Positions 12,401-25,300 of a stretch of 64,000 nt of DNA are shown here, piece by piece. The notes beneath the pieces are model-generated. The model saw only the letters and a list, made by a program, of their open reading frames with translations, did no database searches and was not told where the DNA came from. This DNA is from Phoronis australis (Eukaryota; Animalia; Phoronida): contig NMRA01000539.1 of assembly GCA_002633005.1 (NCBI GenBank), positions 186,001 through 250,000 on the forward strand, in the 5' to 3' direction. The translations under genes were made by a program, and so were the position numbers. Each line of letters opens with the position of its first letter. Position 1 is the first letter of the stretch.

Positions 12401-15400
12401 TCTTTCACTGCCACACATGCCTTTCAGGGAGTTACCTGGTCACTGCCAAACTTGCCAGTCGACGAGTTGGGTACTTTCTCATTCTTGATCCAGTTAATCC
12501 GCAATTTCTTGGGAGATGACTACTACAGTTTATCAGCGTTGACAAAATATCAATTTTTCGATGTTTGCTTTGCACTTTTTATGAAGAAACTTTTGTGAAA
12601 TTCAACTAAATAAAGTTCTACTTTTCTGTCATATTGCCTCATAAATATATCATTGTCATGTGATACGGCACTGCCTCGGACAAACGAAGTACTTATTTAA
12701 TTAGTAACAGTTACTTGAACCGGGGGTCCCGCATTTTGAGAACCAGTTTTCTCTGCTAAATCACAGGCATCAAACTGGTTCTCTAAATTCGGTACCCCTT
12801 TATGTGACTATTGTCTTTCTGCCTTAGGATTCTATCTGAGAACACCAGTTTCTTCTCCAAGTCTGCAGCTCTGGTCAGGTGTCTAGCAATGTCCGCCGTG
12901 GCGTATGGAATGTTTAGCATTAGTTTGGTAAGACAATGAGTGATATTGACGTTTGGGTCTTGCTTCTCGTTTTTAGAATACGAAATCCTGGAGAAGGAGT
13001 AGAACCTTTTATTGCATGGGCGCACCCAGGGGGGGGGGGCTCGGGGGCTCGAACGAACCTCCCAATTTGACGAATTGGGCAAAAAGTAAACGAGACAAAA
13101 GTCCGCAGGAATTTGGCGCGTATGCACAATTGGTAGGCCTGGACCTAATAGCCCCATTTTTTTAGTCTTCGTTGATTTTTTTCAGTAAAAGGTCTGCATG
13201 TTGAAGAATTCGAGCCTCCCTATGTTTTAGGCTGGGGGCGCGCATGTATTTTCCAAGACTTACTTGTAAATTGATCGACCAACTTATAATTGACTTCATG
13301 CCCACTTCATTACAAATTGTAGACTCGTGAGATGAATCGTAGTTTGAGAACTATCTAATGTGAAAGTTATCATTACGCATAATTTCGTACAATTTTAGAC
13401 GAGTTTCAATTATTTAGGTCACAATGTTCATCATTTCAAAATTCTATTCGCTTGTTTAGTATGATGTTTCGTACCCAATCAAAATTGGCAGTTCAAAGAG
13501 TAATGCGTGCCTGTGGTTATATTGTACCTTTCTGAACAAGCAGCTTAGAGAACAGTTTCGAGAATTTCAGGAGTTGCTGACGTGATGGTACAGTGGTTAA
13601 AGTAAAAATGTCTTTATGGAATTGATTTTTGTTCTTGATTTGTCATTACTTTCTTGCAGCTAATTCTGAGGTCTACGGCGTGGTTATAGAAGCATGCTCA
13701 AATCAGTTTTATAGTAAAATGTCATCATTTTTGAGATATGACATGGCGTAATTTTCTTATTTTATTTTCAGTAAAATATGAGTTGTGCCAAATGAATGTT
13801 TTTATCATTGATATGCTCTGCAAAAATATAATTACGTCATTGGACAATGTTTTGAGATGTTGTAGGCATTCACAGCAATGTTGAGTATTATTGAAAAAAG
13901 AAAAATATCAATTTTGGCAATATGTTTCCGAAATGGACAAGAGTTTGCCATTCACTTGTTCCTTGGCTTAAAGATGCTATGCCTCATTAAAACTGTGAAG
14001 AATAAATTTGCAGCAAGCACCACTTTGTGACTTACTGGAGAACTTTTTGTACAATTATAATAAGGGAAAGAAACTGTTTGACGAAATGTAAATAAAATGC
14101 AGTTTTAAAGAAAGCAACACAACTGACACTTAAAAACAAGTGTGAACATAAAGAAAATCCTACTAATTCCGACTATTACGCTATGATTATTTGATAGTGA
14201 AATGAACAAATAATAAAAATTGGGTTATCATGTTTTATTAGGGTAACAATGACATATTACCATACTCCTTTACACAAAAATGGTCTCGCAAAATGAGACT
14301 TTCTTGAGATTGTGTTAACTGATTCTCGAATGGTTTTCGACACACCGTAAGACCCGGGGTTATTTGTAAACCAGCGCTTCATTTGCAGGTTCGCAATTTA
14401 ATAAGACACAGCATCTTTAAATCCCGACAATTAATGTATTGTAACAAATTCCGTCACTATGTATTTCCAGGTTCCACACTCAGCTGTGGACCAGCAGTAC
14501 AGAAATAGACTTCCTCCACTGGTCCATAGGTGGCATGCCAACACCCAACTGTTTCATCTAACAAGTTCTTATGGCCTCTTTAGAAGGTTAGACTTCATTT
14601 GTTTATGGCACATTCATACTAGTTGACATTGGGTGGCAAATGGTGTACTTTTGTATCAAGTGTGGCAAAAACGTTTTCCAGCCATTATTAAAACATTTGT
14701 AAGTACAAATTACTTGATTTCATTTTTGTTTTTGGTAGGATTATGAGATTGAGTTTTAGTTATGAAACAAATGAGATTATCTTGTCGTTAAAAAAGCTGA
14801 ATTGTATTGTTTTAAAACTAAGTCTAAGTGAACTCATAACACAAAACATAAAGATGGCAGATGGTTTTCTCAATCCCTAGTTAGTCTTTCAGTATAATAA
14901 GTATGTTAACGAAAACAAGTAATGTATGTCTCAGAGTTAGCTTTAACTAACAGTACAATTGCTTAAAATATAAGTCTTGTGACTCATTCAGTACATTTTT
15001 GTTGGCCTACTACAAAACATTTTTTCACAAAGAAGTGACTGAGTTATTTCATAATTAAGAACAACTTGGGCTAATGGTCTGGTTAGTGGCTATTCCTAAA
15101 CGCCTTATTCATATCCATGGAATAATGAAGAAAAGTCACCTAAATTTCAAAGTCATTTTATTCACTCTACAAGAAACTCATAAATAAATATGTCAATATT
15201 TAAAAATTGCACAATCATTGTTCAGTAGTTCACTCTACAAAAAACTGAATAAATAAATATAACCAAAAGCATAGAAAAACATTGCACAATCTTTGAAAAC
15301 GCTAGTACTTAAACTTAATACACTCCACATTACTTGTTGAAAATTAAATTTGATTTAAACGTGATTTCAAAGCTCGATATAGAGATGATTTTCATGGGAA

Positions 15401-18400
15401 AATTTCTTTGTCCAACCTTTCGCTAACCTTATGTTTGTTTTTCAAAAAGTTACTTATAGCGTTAGTTCCTCGTGAATGTTGACGTGATTTTCTAACCTTT
15501 AAAGTTTTGCATGAAACACTATCTTGTAACTAACTTATGTATGAAGTGCAAAGTGATTCCTACTAAATATCTATCAATAAGCATTTGAACTCCATGGACA
15601 GACTTATACTGAGACCTACCATTCTAAATGAAAGACTGTCTATCTGAGTGTGTGGATAGATTTAGTGCTTTGTCTTGGGAAAAACTGTCAAAAAAGATTA
15701 AAAATTAAACATTTTTCACAAATTTAGGAACCAAAATTGTACCTTGTTAATTTTATTTCTCAGTTATCTGGACATCTTTTGAGCTGAAAGTTCTGTACTG
15801 CCACAGTTATTTATGCTTTCATTCTGCAAGTCACTTTAGTGTTAATGAAATATTTTTAAGACATAAAACAGAATCCAGCATTTGCCATTACTATGCAAAA
15901 CTAGTCTGAATGTGCCAGCGTCATCTTGTGTGTGTTTCTTAACCTTCCATTTCCAGTTTGTTTGTGTACTTTAGGTTCCACTGTCTGAACTTGACTGGAG
16001 TTTTAATCAGTCCCTCTCTCCACTTGTCACGAGTCTCCATGCAAAACTTGACACCTATCAACTGACAAGCTCCTATGGGCTGTTTAGAGTGTAAGCTACT
16101 TCAGTCTTTTGGTCATAGTTAAGTGAATTGTGCTGCCTGTTTTGTTATTTTCCTTTTTCCTTTTGAATTTGTACTGATATTGCTTCTCACAGTATGCCGT
16201 GGTGGTTGTCTCTTGGTTGCCTTGACAATCTTGTTTCTCACTATGGTAACAGCTTTACATTTTAGGGCATTTTGCATTTTTTCACCTTGCTGTGTTAGTG
16301 TATTATGCCATCAAGTTATCATGAAACATTGTTTTTTGTTTAAAATTTTGAGTGCTTTCAGCTCATATGTGATGACAAATTTGAGCAAATATGATTGCAA
16401 AGAGGATATTTACCATACAGAATGTCCTCTTGATCTGGGTCATTATTGCCGTGCCTTGTAAAGTTGCCAACTGACTATGGTGCCACTGCTGTCACTAAAA
16501 CAAAGCGACTAAAAAGCCTATTTGGGTTGCATGCTTTGTATTTTGTATCATTTATCAAATTGTAATTTTAAAATGTGTAACAAAGTCAACAGTTCATTCA
16601 AGATTATTTGTTTGTTGTTACAGGATGACTGGGGTTGGTGGTAGACCAGAAGTCATCGTTGAGGGCAGCAACTCACTGGACGGCAAGTGGAGAGAATACG
16701 AGTTCTTCTACAAGCCAGGCAATGTGTCCAGGGTGCCACCTATTGTTGGTAAGACAAACTGTAAGAGGAAAATATTGGCCACTATGTTGCTGTTCAATTC
16801 TGTTGTTTTGGACACTCCTGTTTTATGCGCATAATGTAAACCATTGAAATGTGTTGATGTATTGCACATAAAAATATTGCAACCTTTCTTGCTCGTAGAA
16901 CTGGTTAAAATCACTATGGTACCATTGACTTATGTCTAGCATGGCTCAGACTTGCTCATATTTACGATATTCATGACTAAATTCCAGTGCACAAGTATGA
17001 TGCAAGGTGTCAATAGACTGAATGTTTTTCGTGTCAAATCATCTCAGTCTGTCTTCAGGTAGAACCAAAGTGCAGCTAGAAGGTTAACAAGTACTGTACA
17101 ACAACTGGTCACAAACATGCTCCCTTAATTTATGTCCTTAGTTATCTCTATGCGTGCACCTGTACTGGTAGACATGAATATGGGGATGAGTTTGCATTGA
17201 GCTTGGTGTCTGGCAACTAATACTCTCAAGGTTTAACCAGTTGCATGACTGTTGTTAGTCTGAACAAAACTAGTTTTCCCAAGTATTTTTACTCAAATTA
17301 GCATATTTATGATACAGCAGTTCCACGTGTCATTAAATGATGTAATACAATTAAGTTACTGTTTTAAGTCGCAGAAGCAGTTCAGTGTCATGAATGTATA
17401 TTGGTGTTGTGATAGCTGATTGGTTGATTAACGTTTCAGCGCCTCACCAGCCCCGCCTTGATTGGCAGATGTGGTTTGCAGCCCTTGGCTCCTATCAACA
17501 CAATCCGTGGTTCTTGAACCTAGTCTACAGGTTGTTAACAGGTAATGGAAAATTTCCATTAATGATATGTATGACCTTATCGATTACTTTAGTCATACAT
17601 TTAGCCATCTACAAAACTGGTAAAAAGTATATAGTTTTTGAAAGTAGAAAGCCTGTTGAATTTGATGTTTATCCTTATACCAATGTGCCACGAATTGCGT
17701 CACGTGATCATGTCTGCTTAGTAAAATTCAGCAATAAAGAAAGCTACATTCATAGAAAAGCCACAGTATTAGTAACACGACTAAATTTTGTATGATATAA
17801 ATGTTCAAGATGAAATCTCAAAAATGTTGTTGAATTATTTTAATTATTTCCTTTTTTTGTTTCATGCTACATTTGAATTTTTTATTAAAGTCATGGAAAA
17901 GCAGATCATTTATAAAACAATAACATTGTATTGTTGAATAGTGCTTAAAACATGGTGTCTGAAAGATTATAAATCTAATCAATGATCACTCATCCCTATT
18001 TTGTAATCCACATAATCTGAACTTTTCTCTGAATACTAGAAAAGCGCCTCCTCAAATCTGTAACAGAAATTTGAAACACTCATCCCATCACAGCTGCACG
18101 TCCCCACTATCCACATTACATTGACTGCCCCCTGGATTTCTCAAAAAAATTTTCTCCCACCTGCTACTTGCTGAAACAAAGAGGATCTTGTGGTTTATGA
18201 TGGCATTCATTACCCACCTCCTCTGAGTAGCCTGCTCAATGCCTTAGTCAACGTTACTTTGTAAAGTTTTCAAACTTGTTCCAAACTTATGAGCTTCACC
18301 AAATAGAAACCGCTCCCAGAAGAGTCTACGTGAGTCATAATCAAGTGATCAATACAATGGTGCCCAGCCACATAGCCTAAGCATGCATGGAGTACAGTAA

Positions 18401-20560
18401 CAGGTCATCTGTCTACTGTGTCAAATGTATTTGGTTGTTAAAGATCAACTATTTGTTCTATAGATTTTTAAATTTATGACTTGTGTCTGGGCGACTTTCA
18501 AGTTGTCAGTAGATTAAAACAGGTATTACTAAATAATTGCATAAGGTTGGTAGCGAACACATAGATTAATTCTTGTTAACACAACCAAGTGAAAATGCTG
18601 TACCTTGACAGTTTTGGCTACTCACAGCAGCCATATTCGGAAGCTATTGGACACTAGGTGGCGAGGTGATGACACTGTTCCAAATTTTAGACAATTTATA
18701 CCCCCCATAGTCTCTGTTCATAACTGAGCAACTTTTTTCACCTAAATAGACTCTCTAATCTGTCTAGATCTCAAGTTATTTTCTATGTAATTAACTGGGA
18801 AGACGCTCGTCCTGTTGAGTCCGAAAATAACTTGAGATCTAGATGGATTAGAGAGTCTATTTAGGTGAAAAAAGTTGCTCAGTTATGAACAGAGGCGATG
18901 GGGGGTATAAATTGTCTAAAATTTAGAACAGTGTCATCACCTCGCCACCTAGTGTCCAATAGCTTCTGAAGATGGCTGCTGTGAGTAGCCGAAATTGTCA
19001 AGGTACAGCGTTTTTGCGTGGTTGTGTTAATAAGAACCAATCTATGAGATTAAAACAGTGTTGAGGTGAATGCTCACTTTTACTTGCAGGTCAGCCAGAG
19101 GTACTTGAGCTGATAGCTCACAACCCGTTCCCTGGCAAACCACCCAAGTACATCCGAGCTCAGCTATACCACTACTACTTCACCAAGCCATCTGGAGAGT
19201 GAGTACAAATTATCAAAGAGTGCTGCGTGCATGTGATACGAGAACTAGGCAGGAGATTGTGTCCTTTTTGTAGTTCTTCACTTGTTTTGCTTTACAATAA
19301 GTGTGTAGTTTATCTAAGTCTGATTGACTTGCTGGAAGTAATGGAGATTTTGCCAAATGTTGTTTTGTAACATCTAAGCCTAGGGTTAAGTTTTTACTCA
19401 AAATTGACATTTTCTGTTCTCCTTTCAAACTCGACAAAATTAACTAATTTTTCTGTGCTCAAGTATGTTGTGGATTATAAAAATGAGTGTCTAGCCCAAA
19501 TTCGCACTTTATGACCCCTAAATTGTAAACCTCAATAGATTACTGTTAAAACTTTCTAGCTATAGTGTGCATGACGCCGAACTCAACTGGTTCAGTAATT
19601 ACTTATTAAGTGTTATCTGTTTCGAGGCCAGTGACATTGTCTGTGATGTTTAACAAATGCCATCTGTTGTTGTCATGGTCTTTAGGGAAACCAGAAAAGA
19701 GTGTTTTGAATAATAGTGGTTACATCCACGTATGTTTCAGAAAGAGGAGAATGAGAAAAAGTAAACGGTAAAGATCGTGAAATAATTTTTCAGTTTTTGC
19801 GTTCAATTTGTTTTCCTTCTCTTTCGTTGTCATTTTTCATTACAGTTGATCACTGCATATTTTTAATGCTTTATTTAATGTTTCTGTACCTTTGAACATT
19901 TAAAAAAAATTAAGTCAGTGTTCCTGTGTGAAGTTTTGCGCTTTTTACATTTATTGGCTGTTTTCAGGACGTGGCCTGTCAAGTGGTGGAGACGGAAACA
20001 CGTTAAGGAGTATCTGCCCATACTAGCCAAGGATGAGCCGTCCTTTGTGAATTACCTCAAACAGTACAACATTCTCCAGGTGAACAGTTCGAACCATCTC
20101 TTTGTCACTTCTATTCGTCATACATTTAATATTTAGGTTTCAAAGAGAACTGATGAATTTCGTCAAACTTCATCGGTGTTTGGTGAAACTCTGAAGGAAA
20201 TGAGATGAACGGTCATTAACCTGAAAATTAGCTGAATATTTTTGTTCCAAAATTTGATGATTTTCATGGAGAGGAAATTTCATGATTTTCTTTTAAAGAT
20301 TTCTTTACTTGTATATATAAGCACCAGACGTTTACAAAGTGCGTTTGTCTAACAACAATTCTTAACATGATCAATGTATAAATGAGGTCAATTTGTTTTT
20401 TAAGGTCAAGTTAAAACCAAGGTCAGATGCCAATTGGCTTGAGCAAACAGTGAGAACAGTTCGCGAGTACGTTGGCCAACCTGAGGGATTTAAGGCACTG
20501 TCCATGCTGTTCACTTCCTGCCTTATTGTCAAAGTCCCTTTGCACTGGATTTTTGGATAG
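9496..20560 (+). CDS. LMF2: Lipase maturation factor 2, 3' part (~398 aa; 5' exons lie upstream of the window). Exons 9496-9610, 11174-11329, 12247-12352, 12828-12927, [14471-14586 or 15975-16090], 16624-16748, 17440-17541, 19090-19198, 19968-20079, 20405-20560
   Basis: LMF2 family motifs [97 protein letters not shown]....EYLP. All introns are GT-AG with matching phases; stop TAG at 20558-20560. Confidence 0.95.
13015..13246. mobile_element. Short non-autonomous DNA element (MITE) with CATG(G/C)GCGC..CCCAG terminal inverted repeats
   Basis: Termini catgggcgcacccag / ctgggggcgcgcatg; flanks tattg / tattt (imperfect 5-bp TSD). The same termini occur at 48435-48598. Confidence 0.65.
14471..14586 (+). 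CDS. LMF2: LMF2 mutually exclusive exon A ([39 protein letters not shown])
   Basis: ttccAG|GTT acceptor, AG|GTTAGA donor, 116 nt, phase 0 to 2; joins 12927 and 16624 in frame. Confidence 0.9.
15975..16090 (+). CDS. LMF2: LMF2 mutually exclusive exon B ([39 protein letters not shown])
   Basis: actttAG|GTT acceptor, GT|GTAAGC donor, 116 nt, phase 0 to 2; homologous to exon A with no indels or stops. Confidence 0.88.
18523..19046. mobile_element. Truncated Penelope-like retroelement in inverted-repeat configuration (GIY-YIG C-terminus pseudogene plus pseudo-LTR)
   Basis: ~220-bp inverted arms 18560-18783 / 18822-19046. The + strand from 18784 reads [29 protein letters not shown], then after a frameshift [13 protein letters not shown](W/*)NSVI, the typical PLE endonuclease C-terminus. 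A 12-bp direct repeat agattaaaacag flanks it at 18511-18522 and 19047-19058. Confidence 0.85.
18960..19005 (+). ncRNA. Minimal type I hammerhead ribozyme motif of the Penelope-like element
   Basis: CTGAAGA (18966-18972), stem II GGCTGCT-gtg-AGTAGCC, GAAA (18991-18994), GTC cleavage triplet (18997-18999). Stem I is tagctt/aaggta with one mismatch; stem III is vestigial, as in PLE hammerheads. Confidence 0.72.
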
Positions 20561-22017
20561 TTCATTAGTGATTTCCCACACGTTTAGAATTTTGCTTAAA
20601 TGATTTTGATGACTGCAGTGTTTAACGTGTTGGCTCGTTTATTTCATTTTTCAATAAGAAGTTTAATTTAAATTACTAGGTCTTCTGTGGACATGTGCAA
20701 TCTTGAATATAGTGCTTAAGTGGATATAAACCCGCCTTCTGTCACAAGAACTAACGTTTTCAATTTGACCACTTACCATTTTGAAATAGGTCGCAGAATT
20801 TTCCCAAATCTAATTGTCTCATTTCTGGGCTTGAAAAAATGAGAGTTGATCGTTGCTAGACACCAGGGTCAAGTTCAATAACTGTCTCACAGCTAGAAAC
20901 ATCTAGTAGCCAAAATTACATGCCCTCATTGAAAATACAGGGTAACGTCTCACTATGTCTTGCTTTTCTAGCGGGACACTCGCTTTATTGAAATCTACAA
21001 TCATGGCTGGTCACTTCGTGCAACGAGCACGATCTCCAATCGTCATTTTTTTCCAAACCCAGAAGCCAGTACTCATCAGTTACAAACAAGTTGAGAAAAA
21101 GTTTGATAGCGGTAAATGTCCATGTCCCATTCTGAAAAACAAATTTCAATTTCTGTTTGAATTCAGTTTCCCAAATTTTGAAGACTGGCCAAACTCTGGA
21201 GAATTTGTACCATAAATGAGTTACTCGATTTGACAGAACACCGACTTGAAGCAGTTTTAAAATATTATCAGCATAGAAATGTAAGAATTAATTTCAAAGA
21301 TGAGGTAGTTTTGTTGCGATTGTGTCTTAAACAAATTTTAACACATTTTTCTACGTTTTTGTATCATGAAACGAGTTTTTATGGCCCTAAGTAACAACTA
21401 TCGACCATTCTGAATACCACAAACCGTCCTGTTTTAGTCTATTTGTGCCTTGTTATATGACCGATGCACTTATGGATTCTTCTTATTAATTAGCACGTCA
21501 TATAACATTATTTGCATTCTGGTCCTAGTTGACATTGTGCTTTATCTGCCCATTATCTCGTCAACAGCGACTGGAACAAATCTACCAATCTTTGTTTTTA
21601 CAAGGGCTTAGATGCTCAAATGTTTACTAGTGACAAACTGCACTTCAATGACGCTCCTGTCTTTGAACTAGTGAAATATACTTGCTACCATTTTAAACCA
21701 GGCAGATTTTAATGTGAACACTTTTCGTGTTGGTTCACTAGTTGTAGATAACAGATTGGGCTAATGTACATTTTTAATTCTCGCCAATAAGTTTTTCAAA
21801 TTGCAATAAAATTGAATTTCATCTATGCTATAAAATTGATGTTTGTTATTCCAAATACTGGAATTTTTTTGTTATCTATACAATGAAGAATGTAGATGTG
21901 TTTCACATGTCTATCAGATCTGACCTAATGGAATGTTGAATGTGAGTTAAAGTGCTATTTCTGAAACCTTTTACAATATCGTTCACTCACCTGTTAACAG
22001 TCCGCTTGTATGTAATG

Positions 22018-22026
22018 TTTAATAAA
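22018..22026. terminator. Candidate overlapping polyadenylation signals for convergent LMF2 (AATAAA, +) and NUP62 (ATTAAA, -)
   Basis: TTTAATAAA: AATAAA at 22021-22026 on +, ATTAAA at 22023-22018 on -. It lies between the two stop codons, ~300 nt past the NUP62 stop. Confidence 0.4.
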
Positions 22027-22321
22027 AACATCTTAATAATAACTGTTCAAATGTGATTTCATTTCAGCAAACAGCCATACTCTACAAACAAGACTCTTAT
22101 TCAATATTTTGGAAACTAACATGTATGTAGTCAAATCTCCATAAACTGTATTACAATGTACATTTCCACAGCTCCTGCTCATAAAAAGCTCGAGTCCTCT
22201 TCCTCTTGAAACACTTTCAAGCAATGCATCTTGTTATTTTCCCATGTATCGTGTGAACTTACAGAGTCAAAAATACAACATCTAACAGACGGGCAGTCCA
22301 GTAAAACACCAGTAGATGGCA

Positions 22322-25300
22322 CTAGTTATAGGCCATCCTAAAGTTTCTCTCCTGTTCGCGTCTCCTGTGTTCGGTAAGTTTCGACACCTCATCTACTTTG
22401 CGCTGGAGGTGGGCTGAAATGCAATTAGATGTGGAGTAAGCCACATGCTAAAATCAAAATTTACTTTCCAAACCACTTGACTCATCCCAGCAATGCAACA
22501 CGCAGGCGAATAAATGTCGATTATCTGCTATTGACGTCACAATTCCTGGGCGATGTTCACTCGTATGTAAACGCTTACTAGAAAATCCAGGTGGTTGACA
22601 AAACTTCATGCATGAGGCACGCATCAAGTGAGTTTCACTTGTAGGTACATGCCAGCCTCACCCAAGTTGAACAAAAACCCAAAACGTGTGACCATGCTGT
22701 CGAGTATCTATTTACTGCAGCGTTAAGCTGACTTTTCAGAAATTCTGATGGCAGATAAACGAGTGTTACTAGAAATAAGCGTAAACAATGCAGGAAAAAC
22801 AGATTTCATCAAATTGATGTTATTTAAGTTGCCATTACGTAATTAAAAAGTATATGTAACAGTGACCTCATAACCAAATGCTCGGATTATAAACACGATA
22901 AGATTACTTGTGACACGGTTGAAAAAATTAAGCCACACTATTGGTCAGGATCACTTACGCATTCTCCAGGCCATGGAGGAACGTTGTGAAAGTGAATGGA
23001 AAGTGCAATGTAACAAGAGCCTGGCTTCAATCTAGTTTGATACTAACCGACATTCTGGTCCACCCATTGTAGAGAGTCCATGTGTGCGTTGAGAATCTTG
23101 GCAATTTGGTTGATCTGGGAATTGAAAATCAATGCCATAAATGATTACCAGCATTCAGTGATGCCATTACATTGTTTTTCACAGCTCGATGAACATTAGC
23201 AATCAATACCGCATTTTGAGAGATCAGAAACACCATAATTTAACATGTTAGGAAAAACAAGTCAGTAATTGGAGAATTACCAAAGCCCTTTCTGGCACTA
23301 GAAAGCACTGTGCAAGATATTTCCATGTCAAATGACGGAAAATGTGATTTAATGACATCATCGCAATGTGCAGGTGTCTCTTGTAACACAATAGTCATTC
23401 GCGTTACAACAAATTTACGAAACTTGTTTCTTAACAAGAAATGAAAAAGAAGCAGTGGGAACTAGGAAAATACTATTTATACAAATGTGTTGTCATAAAT
23501 GGGCACATTGATATGGTTTAAGTAAGAATTACTAGTCTTCTTACATGCCACCTGTTGGTCACAACTGCAAGGTTGGCAGAAGTTGCAGGTTTGAGCCCTG
23601 GTTGGGGCAACGATGTTTTCAGATTAAACAATAGGTCACGTGATGTGACCAACATTTGGTGTTTAATAAGAAGACTAATAACTCTTCCTTTAAAATGGAA
23701 CATGCTTTACTGTAATCAATAATTGGCAAAATCTTAACCAACCGGATCATTGGCGTCTTGAGCACTGTTAGACGCGTTCACATGGTCAATAATTTCCTTC
23801 AAGTCCTGAGCCATTCGCTTCAACTGAGCATCTATATTCTCAGCCATTTGGTAACTGAAAAATGACAATGCCATTGCCATTCAATAACTGACGAGAAAGA
23901 TGTTCCACCATGAAGCAACGACTTCAAACCCAGTGACCTGACACTAGACACACATTTCTTTTTTAATATTTAAAAACTTGACACACATTTGACCTCCAGG
24001 GCTTCAAACCTGAATGACAAGCGTAGCACGAGCAATTTACTGGATAGCTTCAATGAAAACATTTTTGACATTTATGTCAAAGCAACCTACTTGTGGAAGC
24101 TCAACTTGCAACTAATACTATAATACTACTATGACTGTCGTCTTTCACTTCCATCGTGATTTTGTAATTGAGTACATGAAGAAGAATCAAGGACACTGAC
24201 TCGAGATAGAATCTTTCTTATCTAAAATTTCTGACTTGGTATTAATTTAAGTATTCAAATCTTACAGCAGCTTCAGAAATGTTCATCTTAGACAAAGTTT
24301 TGACGGGTAAAACCCAATTCAAGATAACAATAAATCATTTGAATTCTGACTGCACTTCAGCAAAGCCTAGTGTCAGTGCCTACTTGTTAGAAGTCTACCT
24401 AAGCTGACTAAAAGAATTGGTGACAACGTCAAGTTATTTACTGACTGAAGTTTGACATTGGTGGTATGTTAAAGCTGGAAAAGTTACACCTTGTTGTAAA
24501 CACAATTCTGGCACACAGCGCCATGAAGCAGAAAAAAGAGCGTAGAAATTTCTGCGCAGAATTCCAGCGCAGAAATTTCTGCACAGAATTCCAGCGCAGA
24601 ACTTTCTGCGCAGAATTCCAGCGCAGAAATTTCTGCACATGATACAACAGAGGGCTGAAATGCAATGGAATATATCAATTGTTAAGCCAAAATGATGGAA
24701 ATCCAGGCGTAGAAAAAATCTGCAACTTTTCAGGCACAAAAAGGGAATGAGTGGAAATTCCCTTTTTAAAATGGAAAGTGTTAAATAGTTCTGTTGAAGT
24801 TGGTTCAGTTTATTATAAGAATTGCATTGTAATCTACCACACATTTGACTCCAGCTATTACTACATACGTGTGTTCACGCTCCAAGTCGGCGTGTTGCTG
24901 GTACGTGATTGACGGCAACTGATCCACAGCCTTCTCAAGAGGAACCAACACTTCCTCCAGCTCCTTCTGTTGGGCAACGATGAAATCAAGCTCGTGCTCA
25001 AGTCTCTGTTGATCTGCCTTCACGCGCTCCACGTCAGAGTTGAGTTGGGTGATCTACAGGACCAACATGGTTATTTGAGAACACCGACAGAAATCCTGAT
25101 ATACACACACTGTGGTATTCAATTTGTTGGCCCCTCGAAAATAAAAGGCACCAGGCAATAGAAAGTGCCAAATACCGCCTGACGGAACAAAAATGTGTAG
25201 AATTATAGCAATGTAATACAGTTACGGTATGCAAACTAGGTCTGCTGAAAAGGGCAATAGTAACATACATCACCCTTCATATGATTTCTTGAACCAGTCA

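Noticed and set aside
12718-14360. Possible TIR pair (aaccgggggtc / gacccggggtt) spanning an LMF2 exon
   Set aside because: Short, imperfect match with no TSD; it would enclose a constitutive exon.
24434-24844. Repeat-protein-like ORFs (CRNFCAGIL)n, or a CRISPR-like array
   Set aside because: Translation of a 27-bp minisatellite. There are no unique spacers and the context is a eukaryotic intron.
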